64,000 nt of DNA. Origin: a bacterium (lineage in GTDB: Bacteria > Bdellovibrionota_C > UBA2361 > SZUA-149 > JAEUWB01). The position numbers and the translations under genes are program-made. The stretch spans positions 2,504 to 66,503 of the forward strand of contig JAEUWB010000001.1 of assembly GCA_016786595.1 (NCBI GenBank), in the 5' to 3' direction. Below the pieces are notes generated by a model, which was not told the DNA's origin, ran no database searches, and saw nothing but the letters and a program-made list of their open reading frames with translations. Below are positions 1 through 9,373 of this stretch, one piece after another (position 1 is the first letter of the stretch; each line of letters begins with the position of its first letter).

Positions 1-164
1 TTGATAATTACAACATGACAGAAAAAAATCGGAAGTTGAGCTGGATCTTAAAGCAAAAGAAAAAACATAATGGCGTATGCTTAATACCTCGAGGAGAATT
101 TAAAAGTCCCTTCGATGGTGATGCCTGCTTTCAGTAATTTTAGAATCAGCAACAGGTCAATCGA

Positions 165-539
165 CTACTTACTCACTTCGGCAATGTAAGCGTCGTATTT
201 CGCACGATCCATTAGGCCTTCAAGCTCAGCATTGCTATCTATGGCGATCTTCACCAGCCAGCCATCAGTCTCAGCAGATTGGTTAATCAGTTCGGGCCTA
301 TCTGCAAGCGCTGTGTTGACTTCAGTAATAGTTCCGCTAGCTGGAGCATAAATATCACTGACTGCTTTAACCGATTCAACGTTAGCAAACGATTTACCTT
401 TAGTGACTTTAGTGCCTACGCTTGGGAGATCAATAAAGACGACATCGCCAAGTTCTTTCTGCGCGTAATCTGTAATTCCGATAAAGCCTTGAGCTCCATC
501 AACTTTAATCCATTCATGATCTTGAGTGAATTTTTGCAT
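165..539 (-). CDS. gcvH: Glycine cleavage system protein H (lipoyl carrier)
   Basis: 124-aa ORF that is GcvH-like end to end, with the lipoyl-lysine motif VESVKAVSD. Last gene of the folD-gcvT-gcvH string. Confidence 0.95.
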   Translation of the reverse strand: MQKFTQDHEWIKVDGAQGFIGITDYAQKELGDVVFIDLPSVGTKVTKGKSFANVESVKAVSDIYAPASGTITEVNTALADRPELINQSAETDGWLVKIAIDSNAELEGLMDRAKYDAYIAEVSK

Positions 540-561
540 AACTATCTCCTACTCGTAAAAC

Positions 562-1698
562 TTAGTTTTGTGGTCGCTTATAGAACGGCGTTTTCACAAT
601 TTTAATCTTTAATTGCTTACCTCGTACCAATGCTGAAAGTTCATTACCTAGGGTCGCTTCATCAGTTCGAATGATTGCTAGACCAATAGCTTTGTTGATT
701 GTTGGAGTTTTTGTTCCACTTGTTGTGGTTCCAACTTCAACACCTTGCTTGTTATAGACAAGTGCGGCTTCGCGCACAATCCCTGGGTCGAGGACTTCAA
801 AACCAACGAGTTTATGTTTTAAACCCTTTTCTTTGTATGGAAGCAATCGTTGCCGGCCAATAAAATCGCCCTTATCAAATTTCGTTACCCACCCTAGGCC
901 CGACTCTAACGCTGGAATATTATCGGTGAGTTCATGACCATGCAGCGGAAAGCACGCTTCCAAACGCAGGGAGTTTCTTGCCCCTAGTCCTGCAGGCTTA
1001 ATTCCAAATTCGGCACCATTTTCAAGTAAGCCGAACCAGAATTTCTCTGCATCTTTAGGATCAAGAAAAACTTCTACCCCATCCTCGCCAGTGTATCCCG
1101 TGCGGGCGACAATCATTGGGCTCGTGCAGTATCCAGCACGGTTAAATTCGAAAAAGCTAAAGCTTGGAAATTTCTCAAGCGCTAAATCTGCATGCGGAAT
1201 TTCCAAAGTTCGGGCCAGGACTTCAGCCCACTTTGGCCCTTGAATTGCAATTTGCGCAAAGCGCTCAGAAACATTTTCTAACTTAACGTAACCACGTAAT
1301 TTTTCCTTCAGCCAATGAAAATCCTTACTCGTATTCGAAGCATTCACACACAAAAGATAACGTTCGTGAGCAAGCATGTAGATAATTAAATCATCGACGA
1401 CACCACCGCGGTCATTAGGGAAATAGGTATACTGCGCCTTGCCGGGCGCAAGCTTGGAAACATCATTTCCCGTAACCCAATTCAAATACGATTGTGACCC
1501 AGGGCCTGAAACAATAAATTCTCCCATGTGACTGACATCAAAGAGCGCCACAGTATTTCGCGTAGCAAGATGCTCTTCAATAATTCCCGAGTACTGCACG
1601 GGCATTGTCCAGCCACCGAAGGGGACAAATCTTGCGCCTAGGGATTTATGCGCTTCGAATAAGGGAGTTTTTTTAGTTGAATCTGTCGTTGCTTCCAC
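562..1698 (-). CDS. gcvT: Aminomethyltransferase (glycine cleavage system protein T)
   Basis: 378-aa ORF with TPLFEAH..GARFVPFGGWTMPVQY and FDVSHMGE motifs typical of GcvT. Lies 22 nt upstream of gcvH. Confidence 0.95.
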   Translation of the reverse strand: MEATTDSTKKTPLFEAHKSLGARFVPFGGWTMPVQYSGIIEEHLATRNTVALFDVSHMGEFIVSGPGSQSYLNWVTGNDVSKLAPGKAQYTYFPNDRGGVVDDLIIYMLAHERYLLCVNASNTSKDFHWLKEKLRGYVKLENVSERFAQIAIQGPKWAEVLARTLEIPHADLALEKFPSFSFFEFNRAGYCTSPMIVARTGYTGEDGVEVFLDPKDAEKFWFGLLENGAEFGIKPAGLGARNSLRLEACFPLHGHELTDNIPALESGLGWVTKFDKGDFIGRQRLLPYKEKGLKHKLVGFEVLDPGIVREAALVYNKQGVEVGTTTSGTKTPTINKAIGLAIIRTDEATLGNELSALVRGKQLKIKIVKTPFYKRPQN

Positions 1699-1725
1699 TA
1701 CTCTTCTACTCCTCGATAATTAACT

Positions 1726-2592
1726 TTACTTACCCGCTTCGCGCTGTTCGTGCGCGTCCACAGTATTTGCTAATAAACATGCAATTGTCATTGGACCGAC
1801 TCCACCTGGAACTGGAGTAATCGCGCCTGCAATTTGCGAGACGCTATCGAAATCTACATCGCCACAAAGCCTACCTGAATCAAGCCGATTAATACCAACA
1901 TCAATCACAATCGCGCCAGGTTTAACCATTTCTGCTGTAATCAAATTCGGTCTTCCTGCTGCGGCAATAAGAATGTCAGCAGCTTTTGTATACGCAGTAA
2001 GATTTTTCGTCTGCGAGTGGCAAATTGTCACTGTTACCTGCTTTTCCAGTAAAAGTAGGTACATCGGTTTGCCGACTAGAATCGATCGACCAATAACAGT
2101 CGCCGACAAACCTGCAAGTTCCCGTGGTTGCTTGAGCAAGTCACGTCCAGCTTGAATTAAATCGATCACTCCTTGCGGCGTGCACGGACGCGGTCCTGGT
2201 GCCCCGCGTAGCAGCAAGCCTTGATTATAAGGGTGTAGGCCGTCTACGTCTTTACGCGGGTCAATCGCGCACAAGCAAGTAAATTCATCAACCTGCTTAG
2301 GGAGTGGAAGTTGCAACAAGATTCCATCAACAGTCGGGTCAGCAGAAAGCTTTTGTAGTGTTGCCACAACCGATTGCGTGTCAGCGTTTGCGGCGATCTT
2401 CAAGTCCATGACTTTTAGGCCGATTTCGTGTGCGGCTTTGGATTTCGCGCTAACATAAACTTGGGAGGCAGGATTATCGCCAACAAGTACAACTGCCAAA
2501 GTAGCGGGAGCTGAAAACGTTGCAACACGTTCGCTCAGTGATTTCTTGAGTTCTGCAGCTACTCTTTTTCCATCTATGATTAATGCGGGCAC
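1726..2592 (-). CDS. folD: Bifunctional methylene-THF dehydrogenase / methenyl-THF cyclohydrolase
   Basis: 288-aa ORF with FolD hallmarks: IIDGK, VVLVGDNPASQVYV, LQLPLP, DVDG, VIGRSILVGKP, PVPGGVGPMT. Confidence 0.95.
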   Translation of the reverse strand: MPALIIDGKRVAAELKKSLSERVATFSAPATLAVVLVGDNPASQVYVSAKSKAAHEIGLKVMDLKIAANADTQSVVATLQKLSADPTVDGILLQLPLPKQVDEFTCLCAIDPRKDVDGLHPYNQGLLLRGAPGPRPCTPQGVIDLIQAGRDLLKQPRELAGLSATVIGRSILVGKPMYLLLLEKQVTVTICHSQTKNLTAYTKAADILIAAAGRPNLITAEMVKPGAIVIDVGINRLDSGRLCGDVDFDSVSQIAGAITPVPGGVGPMTIACLLANTVDAHEQREAGK

Positions 2593-2743
2593 TTAAATTT
2601 CACCTGATAAACAATCTAAATAGAGACCTGTGATATATACTTGGATTTAAAAAAACGCCATCACCGGCTTTTCTTTAGAAATATCCTAGACATTTTGTTG
2701 TTTTTTTTGCGATACTAAATGAATTATAATTTGGAGTTGAATC

Positions 2744-3856
2744 ATGATTATTGGCATTCCCCGCGAAAGAAAAACTGACGAACGCCGCGTTGCACTAACC
2801 CCTGATGGCGCGCTTGAGCTCACACGTATGGGTCACTCGGTGATTATTGAGCAAGGTGCCGGTGTGCTCAGCGGGTTTACTGATGCTGCCTACACAGATT
2901 CGAATACTGAAGTTGTGCCATCGCTTGAGGAAGTTTGGTCGCGCTGCGATTTGCTTGTCAAAGTCAAGGAACCTGCGCCTGAAGAAGTCCAATATTTCCG
3001 CCGCGGTCTATCTGTATTTTCTTTTCTACATCTTGCTGTTGCTCCTGAGCTTACGCGCTCGATGGTTGAGTCTGGAGTAACTGGACTTGATTACGATCTA
3101 GTTATGCTTGATAACGGTCGTTTACCGATCTTAGAACCAATGAGCGTAATTGCTGGACAGCTTTCGATTCAATGTGGTGCTTATGCGCTGCAAGCTGGAA
3201 CAGGGGGACGTGGAATTCTTTTAGGTGGCGCAATTGGTGTACGTCCTGGGCGAGTTGTTGTGATTGGCGCTGGCGCAGCTGGAAGTAACGCTGCCCGAGT
3301 AGCGCTCGGCATGGGCGCAGAAGTTACGATTATTGATATTAATGAGGCTAAATTAACGCCATTTTTCGATAGTCCACGTAAGGTGCGGACAATTTACTCG
3401 ACTCCACTTTCAGTTGAGCGTGAAATCAAGGAGGCAGATATTGTGGTAGGTGCGGTGCTTTTACCGGGTGCACTTGCGCCAAAGCTGATTACTCGTCAGA
3501 TGATTTCCTCAATGCAGAAAGGTGCGGCAATTGTTGATATTTGCATTGACCAAGGTGGTATTGCTGAAACTAGTAAGCCGACAACAATTACTCATCCGAC
3601 ATACATCGAAAACGGCGTTGTACATTATTGCGTGACAAATATGCCGGCGCTTGTCCCTAGAACTTCGACGATTGCACTGACCAATGCGACCTTGCCGTGG
3701 ATTAAAATGATTGCTGAGAAGGGTGTGCAAGGTGCGTTGAGCACTTCTAAGCCACTACGTCGGGGGCTGACGAGCTATCAAGGTAAGCTGACAAATGGGC
3801 CAATTGCTGAAGCGGTGGGTATGAAGTTTACTCCGGCCGAAGAGATTGCGTTGTAG
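2744..3856 (+). CDS. ald: Alanine dehydrogenase
   Basis: 370-aa ORF with N-terminus MIIGIPRERKTDERRVALTP and Rossmann motif VVVIGAGAAGSNAA. Full-length similarity pattern to L-alanine dehydrogenases. Confidence 0.92.
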   Translation: MIIGIPRERKTDERRVALTPDGALELTRMGHSVIIEQGAGVLSGFTDAAYTDSNTEVVPSLEEVWSRCDLLVKVKEPAPEEVQYFRRGLSVFSFLHLAVAPELTRSMVESGVTGLDYDLVMLDNGRLPILEPMSVIAGQLSIQCGAYALQAGTGGRGILLGGAIGVRPGRVVVIGAGAAGSNAARVALGMGAEVTIIDINEAKLTPFFDSPRKVRTIYSTPLSVEREIKEADIVVGAVLLPGALAPKLITRQMISSMQKGAAIVDICIDQGGIAETSKPTTITHPTYIENGVVHYCVTNMPALVPRTSTIALTNATLPWIKMIAEKGVQGALSTSKPLRRGLTSYQGKLTNGPIAEAVGMKFTPAEEIAL

Positions 3857-3911
3857 AGGGCAGTATGCATTTCTGCTTAGGCTTAAAAAATTGAGTATTA
3901 CTGCTCTTAGA

Positions 3912-4033
3912 GCTTAGGCTTGAACTTATACTTCTCCTGCCCCTCCCTGAATACAAGTTATTCCGTCCTGAATAGAGTCCTCATCTAATTAGAAAAGGGA
4001 AGGATAAGGGTAAGCTTAAGTTCAAGTGCAAGC
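3912..4033. repeat. Family-1 intergenic palindromic element (GCTTAGGCTTGAAC...GTTCAAG..AAGC arms)
   Basis: Left arm 3912-3947 and right arm 3997-4033 are imperfectly complementary. The terminal motif CTTAGGCTTGAACTT is shared with copies at 11486, 30717, 35399, 43277, 49889 and 53500. Confidence 0.7.
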
Positions 4034-4155
4034 ATACGCTTAAAGAATTAACGTCGCCCACACCCGTGAAGCGGGTTCGTTTTCTTTGCCCATAGATTTC
4101 TTTTCCGTACAGTAATGAAATGATTTGTGCGCTTTCAGCACAAGGATCAAAAAAA

Positions 4156-4310
4156 GCAAAAAGAAAGCCTACCGCTTTCTTTTTGCTTACATGACCTAGT
4201 CCTTTCATGGACTAGGTCTAATTAACACTTCTTTCTCGCGCCCTGTGACTGGTCGTCCTCTCGGACGACATACAAAATTACAAAAAGAAAGCCTGCCGCT
4301 TTCTTTTTGC
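4156..4310. repeat. Family-2 hairpin modules
   Basis: GCAAAAAGAAAGC-CTACCG-CTTTCTTTTTGC at 4156-4186 and a near copy at 4281-4310. Perfect 10-bp hairpin GACCTAGTCC/GGACTAGGTC at 4193-4218. GTGACTGGTCGTCC-TCTC-GGACGAC at 4245-4269. About 85 bp is homologous to 50066-50155. Confidence 0.75.
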
Positions 4311-4344
4311 TTACTTTTTCTTTCTCGCGAAAGAAAAAGTAAGC
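4309..4344 (-). terminator. Stem-loop at the 3' end of minE (candidate terminator)
   Basis: Perfect 16-bp stem GCTTACTTTTTCTTTC / GAAAGAAAAAGTAAGC with a 4-nt loop, abutting the minE stop codon. There is no clean U-tract, so the terminator function is inferred. Confidence 0.5.
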
Positions 4345-4625
4345 TAAGCGACTTTTTGGACTTGGCGCGGTTTACAGATTACTGGGGTATTGATCAGTAG
4401 GGCTGTAGAGTTATTTTCGCGTTGCCATTCGATTTCGACATTTTTGCGTTCGAGTACGAAGTATTTAGAGATTACGTCGAGTAGGTCTTTTTTGAAGAAG
4501 TCCATGTCTTGTGGGCTCAGGCCGCTGCGATCTTGAACGAGAACCATTTGCAAGCGGTTTTTTGCGGTAGTTTTGCTATTGCTATTCGCTTTTGAGAAAA
4601 ACATTTCGGCAAGTCTGTTAAACAT
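4344..4625 (-). CDS. minE: Cell division topological specificity factor MinE
   Basis: 93-aa ORF with AKNRLQMVLVQDR and the typical MinE fold pattern. Immediately downstream of minD. Confidence 0.9.
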   Translation of the reverse strand: MFNRLAEMFFSKANSNSKTTAKNRLQMVLVQDRSGLSPQDMDFFKKDLLDVISKYFVLERKNVEIEWQRENNSTALLINTPVICKPRQVQKVA

Positions 4626-4644
4626 CTTTTTCTTGCTCCTTTTC

Positions 4645-5439
4645 TTATGCTGCTCGTAATTTTTTAGTTAATTTAGCAAAAAGGCTGACGCCGAGGTCGA
4701 GTTCTTCGGGTGGGATTTGAGCGCCGGTGAGACGTTCAGCGACGCGAGTGAAGGACTGTCCGGCTGCTGAGCGTGGGTTATAGACCACAGGGTCTCCGGT
4801 ATTGGCGGAGACGACGATGTCGTTATCGCGGAAGACTAGGCCGATTTGTTCTACTCCCAGGATATCGACGACGTCTTGTGGGCTAAGCATATCACCGCGG
4901 CGGACCATATCGCGGTCGACACGATTAATGATTAATGAAGTTTCTAAGCCGCGGGCTGCAAGAAGTCCGATTACGCGGTCAGCGTCGCGGATGGCAGCAA
5001 CTTCGGGCGTAGTTACGACGATCGCTTCATCGGCGCCAGCGCAGGCATTTTTAAAACCGTTTTCGATGCCAGCTGGTGAGTCAATTAAGATGTAGTGAAA
5101 TTCTTGTTTTAAGCTAGCGACGACTTGCGCCATATCTTTTTCGGAGATCACGTCTTTATCGTCGGTTTGCGAGGCGGGAAGCAAATAAAGATTGTTTGAT
5201 TTTTTAGATTTGATTACAGCTTGTTGAGCCTTGCAGACACCTTTAGCAACATCGACGAGATTGAAAACAATGCGATTTTCAAGTCCCATGATCACGTCGA
5301 GGTTTCTAAGTCCGATATCAGCGTCAATGACGAGCACGCGTTTACCTTTGAGGGCCAGTGCTGCGCCAAGATTAGCGGTAGTGGTAGTTTTACCGACTCC
5401 ACCTTTCCCCGATGTAATTACAATTGCTTTACCTGTCAT
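4645..5439 (-). CDS. minD: Septum site-determining ATPase MinD
   Basis: 264-aa ORF with the deviant Walker A motif SGKGGVGKTT and full-length MinD pattern. Confidence 0.96.
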   Translation of the reverse strand: MTGKAIVITSGKGGVGKTTTTANLGAALALKGKRVLVIDADIGLRNLDVIMGLENRIVFNLVDVAKGVCKAQQAVIKSKKSNNLYLLPASQTDDKDVISEKDMAQVVASLKQEFHYILIDSPAGIENGFKNACAGADEAIVVTTPEVAAIRDADRVIGLLAARGLETSLIINRVDRDMVRRGDMLSPQDVVDILGVEQIGLVFRDNDIVVSANTGDPVVYNPRSAAGQSFTRVAERLTGAQIPPEELDLGVSLFAKLTKKLRAA

Positions 5440-5464
5440 ACGTCACAACTCCTAGTAAATTTGA

Positions 5465-6478
5465 TTAACGTTTTTTGCGTGATAAACTTCGTGGATTATA
5501 AGTTTCAACAATGATGTGGCGGTCTTCGATGCGAGCTACTTCAGCCTTACCTCCATGTTCTCCGTTACCGCGAGAGATGACTGAGCCGATGCGTAGTTGC
5601 ATTGGCTGCATTGAGAGGGCAACGATTAGTGCTTCGCGATTTTCATCATCATAGGCAGCGGCATGAGCCGTTCCGCGTAAGCTTCCAAAGACGATAATGT
5701 CGCCGCCGGCGATGAGATCTGCTCCGGGGTTAACGTCACCGATCACCACGAGGCTATGTGGGGTTTCGAGGCGTTGGCCAGAGCGCAATGTTCCGAAAAA
5801 CAGTCGGGCGTTGCCTTCCATGTCGAGCAGCGGTTCTTCGCCGAGTAATTCATTGATACGCTTGAGCTGATTGCGGTCAAAATCTGACTCGACTAAGTCT
5901 GAAGCTAAGCGCGAAGTTGACTTTGATTGAGGGCCATTTTGTTGGGTATTTAGCTGCAATTCGCCTTGCTTTGGTAGATTAAAAAAGGCGGCGAGGCTTG
6001 TGCTTTTTTCGTGATCAACTTTTTTTAATTCGCCAGATAGAGTGCTACTGTTAGCAGTTACCTCGCTAGTATCAGTTTTAGTTGAGTTGGTATTACTTCC
6101 TGGATAGACAGAAAATTCTTGTTTTTGTTTGGAGCGGTTTTTGTTGCGGCGACTGATAATCTCGATTGAGAAATTTTCTTTTAGGAAACATTCGAGCTGG
6201 CTACTTTGTTCTTTTGTAGGAAGTCTGTCGAGCCATTCGATGGAAACGTGTCCACCTTCGAGAAACTTACGGCGGTCGCCCAAAAACTGTGTGAGCTCTT
6301 TAAGAATTACCGACCAATCTTGTCGGCCATCAATGCGCAGCACCAAACCTTCCTCTGTTCCACGTGCGGAGACGATCCGTGATGGATTTGTTGCATCGTC
6401 TGCGGGAAAAAGAATGCGATCGCGCTTACCTGCCTCGATGCTTGTTTCAGAGGTATCATCAAACATAACTGCTTCCAA
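5465..6478 (-). CDS. minC: Septum site-determining protein MinC (long-linker form)
   Basis: 337-aa ORF. The C-terminal beta-helix region (VVIGDVNPGADLIAGGDIIVFGSLRGTAHA) is MinC-like. It is the first gene of minCDE and carries a long Ser/Thr/Asn/Gln-rich linker. Confidence 0.85.
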   Translation of the reverse strand: MEAVMFDDTSETSIEAGKRDRILFPADDATNPSRIVSARGTEEGLVLRIDGRQDWSVILKELTQFLGDRRKFLEGGHVSIEWLDRLPTKEQSSQLECFLKENFSIEIISRRNKNRSKQKQEFSVYPGSNTNSTKTDTSEVTANSSTLSGELKKVDHEKSTSLAAFFNLPKQGELQLNTQQNGPQSKSTSRLASDLVESDFDRNQLKRINELLGEEPLLDMEGNARLFFGTLRSGQRLETPHSLVVIGDVNPGADLIAGGDIIVFGSLRGTAHAAAYDDENREALIVALSMQPMQLRIGSVISRGNGEHGGKAEVARIEDRHIIVETYNPRSLSRKKR

Positions 6479-6699
6479 ACTTGTATTTAACTAACAATCA
6501 CTAGCTACTAGGATAGACTTTATTTAAGTAACTTATACTTATATCAGTCCTAGTACAAGTCCGTCAATTATTACTTAATATTAATTAAAGTTACTGTAAG
6601 TCGACAATTCTCTACTCACGTTATACTAAATACTTAAACCCAGTACAAGTATTGGTAAAAATATTTTTCCCTAACAAATAGTTAAGTTTTGGAGATTTT

Positions 6700-8118
6700 G
6701 TGGTTAGAGTTCGTTTTGCTCCTAGTCCGACCGGTTACCTTCACCTTGGTGGAGCGCGTACGGCGCTTTTTAATTATCTCTTCGCTAAGAGTCATGGCGG
6801 CAAACATATTTTGCGCATTGAAGATACTGACCGTGAGCGTTCAACTCCGGAAGCTGTTGAAGCAATCATGCAGGGCATGGCCTGGTTGAATATTAAGTAT
6901 GATGAAGGCCCCTTTTTTCAATCAGAGCGAAACAGTATTTATCAAGATTACGCGCGTAAACTTTTAGAGCTTGGTGTTGCTTATCGTTGCACCTGCACAG
7001 CTCAGCGACTTGATCAAGTCCGACAAGAGCAAACTGCGCGGTCTGAAAAGCCGCAGTATGACAAATTACACCGTCCAAAAGATCCAACTCCGCAACCGAC
7101 AGAGCTACCAAGTGGTCAAGACGCTGAACCGTTTGTGATTCGTTTGCGCGTGCCTGATGTTGGCGAAGCTGTATTTAATGATTTAATCATTGGCGAGATT
7201 CGCACTGCGTATAAAGAAATTGATGATTTTATTATCATTCGCAGTGATGGCTCGCCGACCTACAATTTCACGGTTGTTGTTGATGATATTGAGATGCAAA
7301 TTACGCATGTAATTCGCGGCATGGACCACATTTCTAACACTCCAAAACAAATGGTAATTTATCAAGCTTTTGGCGTGAAAATCCCAGATTTTGCCCATGT
7401 GCCGATGATTTTGGGGCCAGACAAGCAAAAGCTTTCTAAGCGTCACGGGGCGACTTCGGTAATTGAATATAAGAAAGACGGCTATCTTGCCGATGCCTTT
7501 GTGAATTACCTCGCCCGCTTAGGTTGGAGCCACGGCGACCAAGAGGTTTTTACGCGTGCGGAGCTGGAAAAATATTTCTCGCTAGATCACGTTGGAAAAA
7601 GTCCTGCAGTATTTGATCAGGTAAAATTACTTTGGGTTAATAGTGAGCACATTAAGAAGCTTGAACTGAGTCAATTAGTGAGTGAGTTAGTTGATTTTCT
7701 TCCAGAGCGTGGGCTGCGTAAACCCAATCAAGCTGAACTTCCAGCCTTTAGTGCATTAGTTGCAACACTCAGGGAGCGTGCCAAGTCCTTAATTGAGATG
7801 GCCGACCAATGTAAATTTTTTCTTGAAGACCAAGTTATTTATGACGAGCAGGCAGTTAAGAAGCATTTAACGCCTGAGGCAAAATCTTTACTCCAAGAGA
7901 TCCAGGTGATTCTCACAAATCTTAAAGATTTTGATGACAAGACAATTGAAACCGCTTGTAAGGCCTTAGTCGAGCAAAAAGGCTTAAAGCTTGTACAAAT
8001 TGCTCAGCCGCTACGCGTCGCCTTGACTGGCACAGCAGTTAGTCCTCCGATTTTTACGGTGATGAGTGTTTTAGAAAAGGAGCGGACGATCTCGCGGATT
8101 AAGTCTTGCGCGATTTAA
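6700..8118 (+). CDS. gltX: Glutamyl-tRNA synthetase
   Basis: 472-aa ORF with a GTG start preceded by GGAG. RFAPSPTGYLHLGG (HIGH) and KLSKR (KMSKS) class I motifs. Confidence 0.95.
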   Translation: MVRVRFAPSPTGYLHLGGARTALFNYLFAKSHGGKHILRIEDTDRERSTPEAVEAIMQGMAWLNIKYDEGPFFQSERNSIYQDYARKLLELGVAYRCTCTAQRLDQVRQEQTARSEKPQYDKLHRPKDPTPQPTELPSGQDAEPFVIRLRVPDVGEAVFNDLIIGEIRTAYKEIDDFIIIRSDGSPTYNFTVVVDDIEMQITHVIRGMDHISNTPKQMVIYQAFGVKIPDFAHVPMILGPDKQKLSKRHGATSVIEYKKDGYLADAFVNYLARLGWSHGDQEVFTRAELEKYFSLDHVGKSPAVFDQVKLLWVNSEHIKKLELSQLVSELVDFLPERGLRKPNQAELPAFSALVATLRERAKSLIEMADQCKFFLEDQVIYDEQAVKKHLTPEAKSLLQEIQVILTNLKDFDDKTIETACKALVEQKGLKLVQIAQPLRVALTGTAVSPPIFTVMSVLEKERTISRIKSCAI

Positions 8119-8134
8119 AGCTTAGAGAGGAAAA

Positions 8135-8150
8135 TTTAGAAAAGCGAATT
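8135..8150. repeat. Left copy of a perfect 16-bp inverted repeat (TTTAGAAAAGCGAATT)
   Basis: Exact reverse complement of 9358-9373. The pair brackets the orphan ORF 8243-9220. Confidence 0.8.
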
Positions 8151-8242
8151 CTGTTTCAACCTTGATACAAAATCTAGAGGGTGCTGAGTAGGCCGGCTTT
8201 GGAGAAGACTCCTCAGCCGGCTCACCAAGCAGATCTTGCAAG

Positions 8243-9220
8243 TTACGATGCCCGACGCTCTTCAGCATACTGCATCAGGCGTCGATAGTCTTCGCCCCAT
8301 GCCGTGTTGTCGGGAGAGCGTAGCGCATCTGGCGTCACAACCTTAACCCAACCGACGACAGTTCCAGCTAGAAGGGTCATCCCTGGAACCCCTGCGATCG
8401 TCATCAGCTCAAGACCAGCGCTAATCAAGCCAGTTGCTAAGTTATGACGAAAGTCGCCTAACCTTTCGTCGACTTCAGGCCGCCGGAAGATTTCGACAAA
8501 CGCATCAAACTCTAAACTAAGCCGCCGGATCAAATCTTCGTCACGCAATTTGATTGCAACGAAAAAGAGTTCCGTTCGGGCCTTCGCGTCCCTGGCAGTT
8601 GGTCCACTTTCGGAGATCTCCGTATTGACAAATTCGAGAAAAACTTCGCGTGCACTCGTGAAGTCCTCGAGTCGGCTATACGTGACGCCACGCTCGAAGG
8701 CCAGGCTCAAAAGCTGTTCGCTAAGCTGCATCCCATGAAGCAATTTTGCCACTTCCTGTTTAGTCACTGAGGCAGTTGTTACAAGGTCAATCCAGCTTTG
8801 ATAGTCGTTTGCAGTTCCTCTTAGCCAACTCTCGTAGACTGTTAGCAAATGTAGCGCATAGCGATGCCAAGCGTCGAAATGACTGGCCTGATCAGTTATC
8901 TGAAAAGGCATGGAATAGGTAACTTGAAAAGTCCGATCCGGATGAAGTTCTTCAAGTGGCAATTCACCCAGCTCTTTCCAACGTTGACCGATAATCCTAC
9001 ATAGCTGCACTTTATAGGAAAAGGCGACAAGACGATCTGGCGTCCAATCGTTTCGGCGCGTAAATTCGGCGTTGATCAACTCTAGATTTCTCCAGATGTC
9101 GATCATAAGCTCACGAAACGTGAGTGATTTGTCGTTTCCGATCCTGAACACTTGCTCGCGCGCTGCACAAGCAAGTTCGGTCGTAGTCATGCCAGTCAAT
9201 AATTCAACTGTTAGTTGCAT
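8243..9220 (-). CDS. Hypothetical protein (orphan, no family recognised)
   Basis: 325-aa ORF that is the only long ORF in a 1.4-kb gap. The C-terminus is hydrophobic. It is flanked by 16-bp inverted repeats. Confidence 0.6.
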   Translation of the reverse strand: MQLTVELLTGMTTTELACAAREQVFRIGNDKSLTFRELMIDIWRNLELINAEFTRRNDWTPDRLVAFSYKVQLCRIIGQRWKELGELPLEELHPDRTFQVTYSMPFQITDQASHFDAWHRYALHLLTVYESWLRGTANDYQSWIDLVTTASVTKQEVAKLLHGMQLSEQLLSLAFERGVTYSRLEDFTSAREVFLEFVNTEISESGPTARDAKARTELFFVAIKLRDEDLIRRLSLEFDAFVEIFRRPEVDERLGDFRHNLATGLISAGLELMTIAGVPGMTLLAGTVVGWVKVVTPDALRSPDNTAWGEDYRRLMQYAEERRAS

Positions 9221-9357
9221 TCTTTACCTCTACAAACACAATGGTTAAACCATTTCCGAGATTACTTATGCGTGGGAAGAAATCTAGGAAACAGTTCAAC
9301 AACGCATCAGGAGGGCATCTGAGTTTGAAGGGAATGCGTTAAAAACCTAATAACAAT

Positions 9358-9373
9358 AATTCGCTTTTCTAAA
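9358..9373. repeat. Right copy of a perfect 16-bp inverted repeat (AATTCGCTTTTCTAAA)
   Basis: Exact reverse complement of 8135-8150. Confidence 0.8.

Noticed and set aside
3-140. Open frame entering from the left edge (...DNYNMTEKNRKLSWILKQKKKHNGVCLIPRGEFKSPFDGDACFQ*)
   Set aside because: Only about 45 codons are visible, and no family is recognisable. It could be a gene 3' end or noise, so it is too weak to call.
279-605. 108-aa plus-strand ORF overlapping gcvH and gcvT
   Set aside because: It lies antisense to two confidently identified genes, has a low-complexity translation and no RBS. It is a shadow ORF.
2593-2743. Looked for a glycine riboswitch upstream of folD-gcvT-gcvH
   Set aside because: The 150-nt divergent spacer lacks the conserved GGAGAG...CACCG...GGGCAA-type cores on the relevant strand. 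Nothing supports a riboswitch.
3981-4208. 75-aa minus-strand ORF in the ald/minE spacer
   Set aside because: It lies entirely within palindromic repeat modules, and the translation is repeat-derived. It is not a gene.
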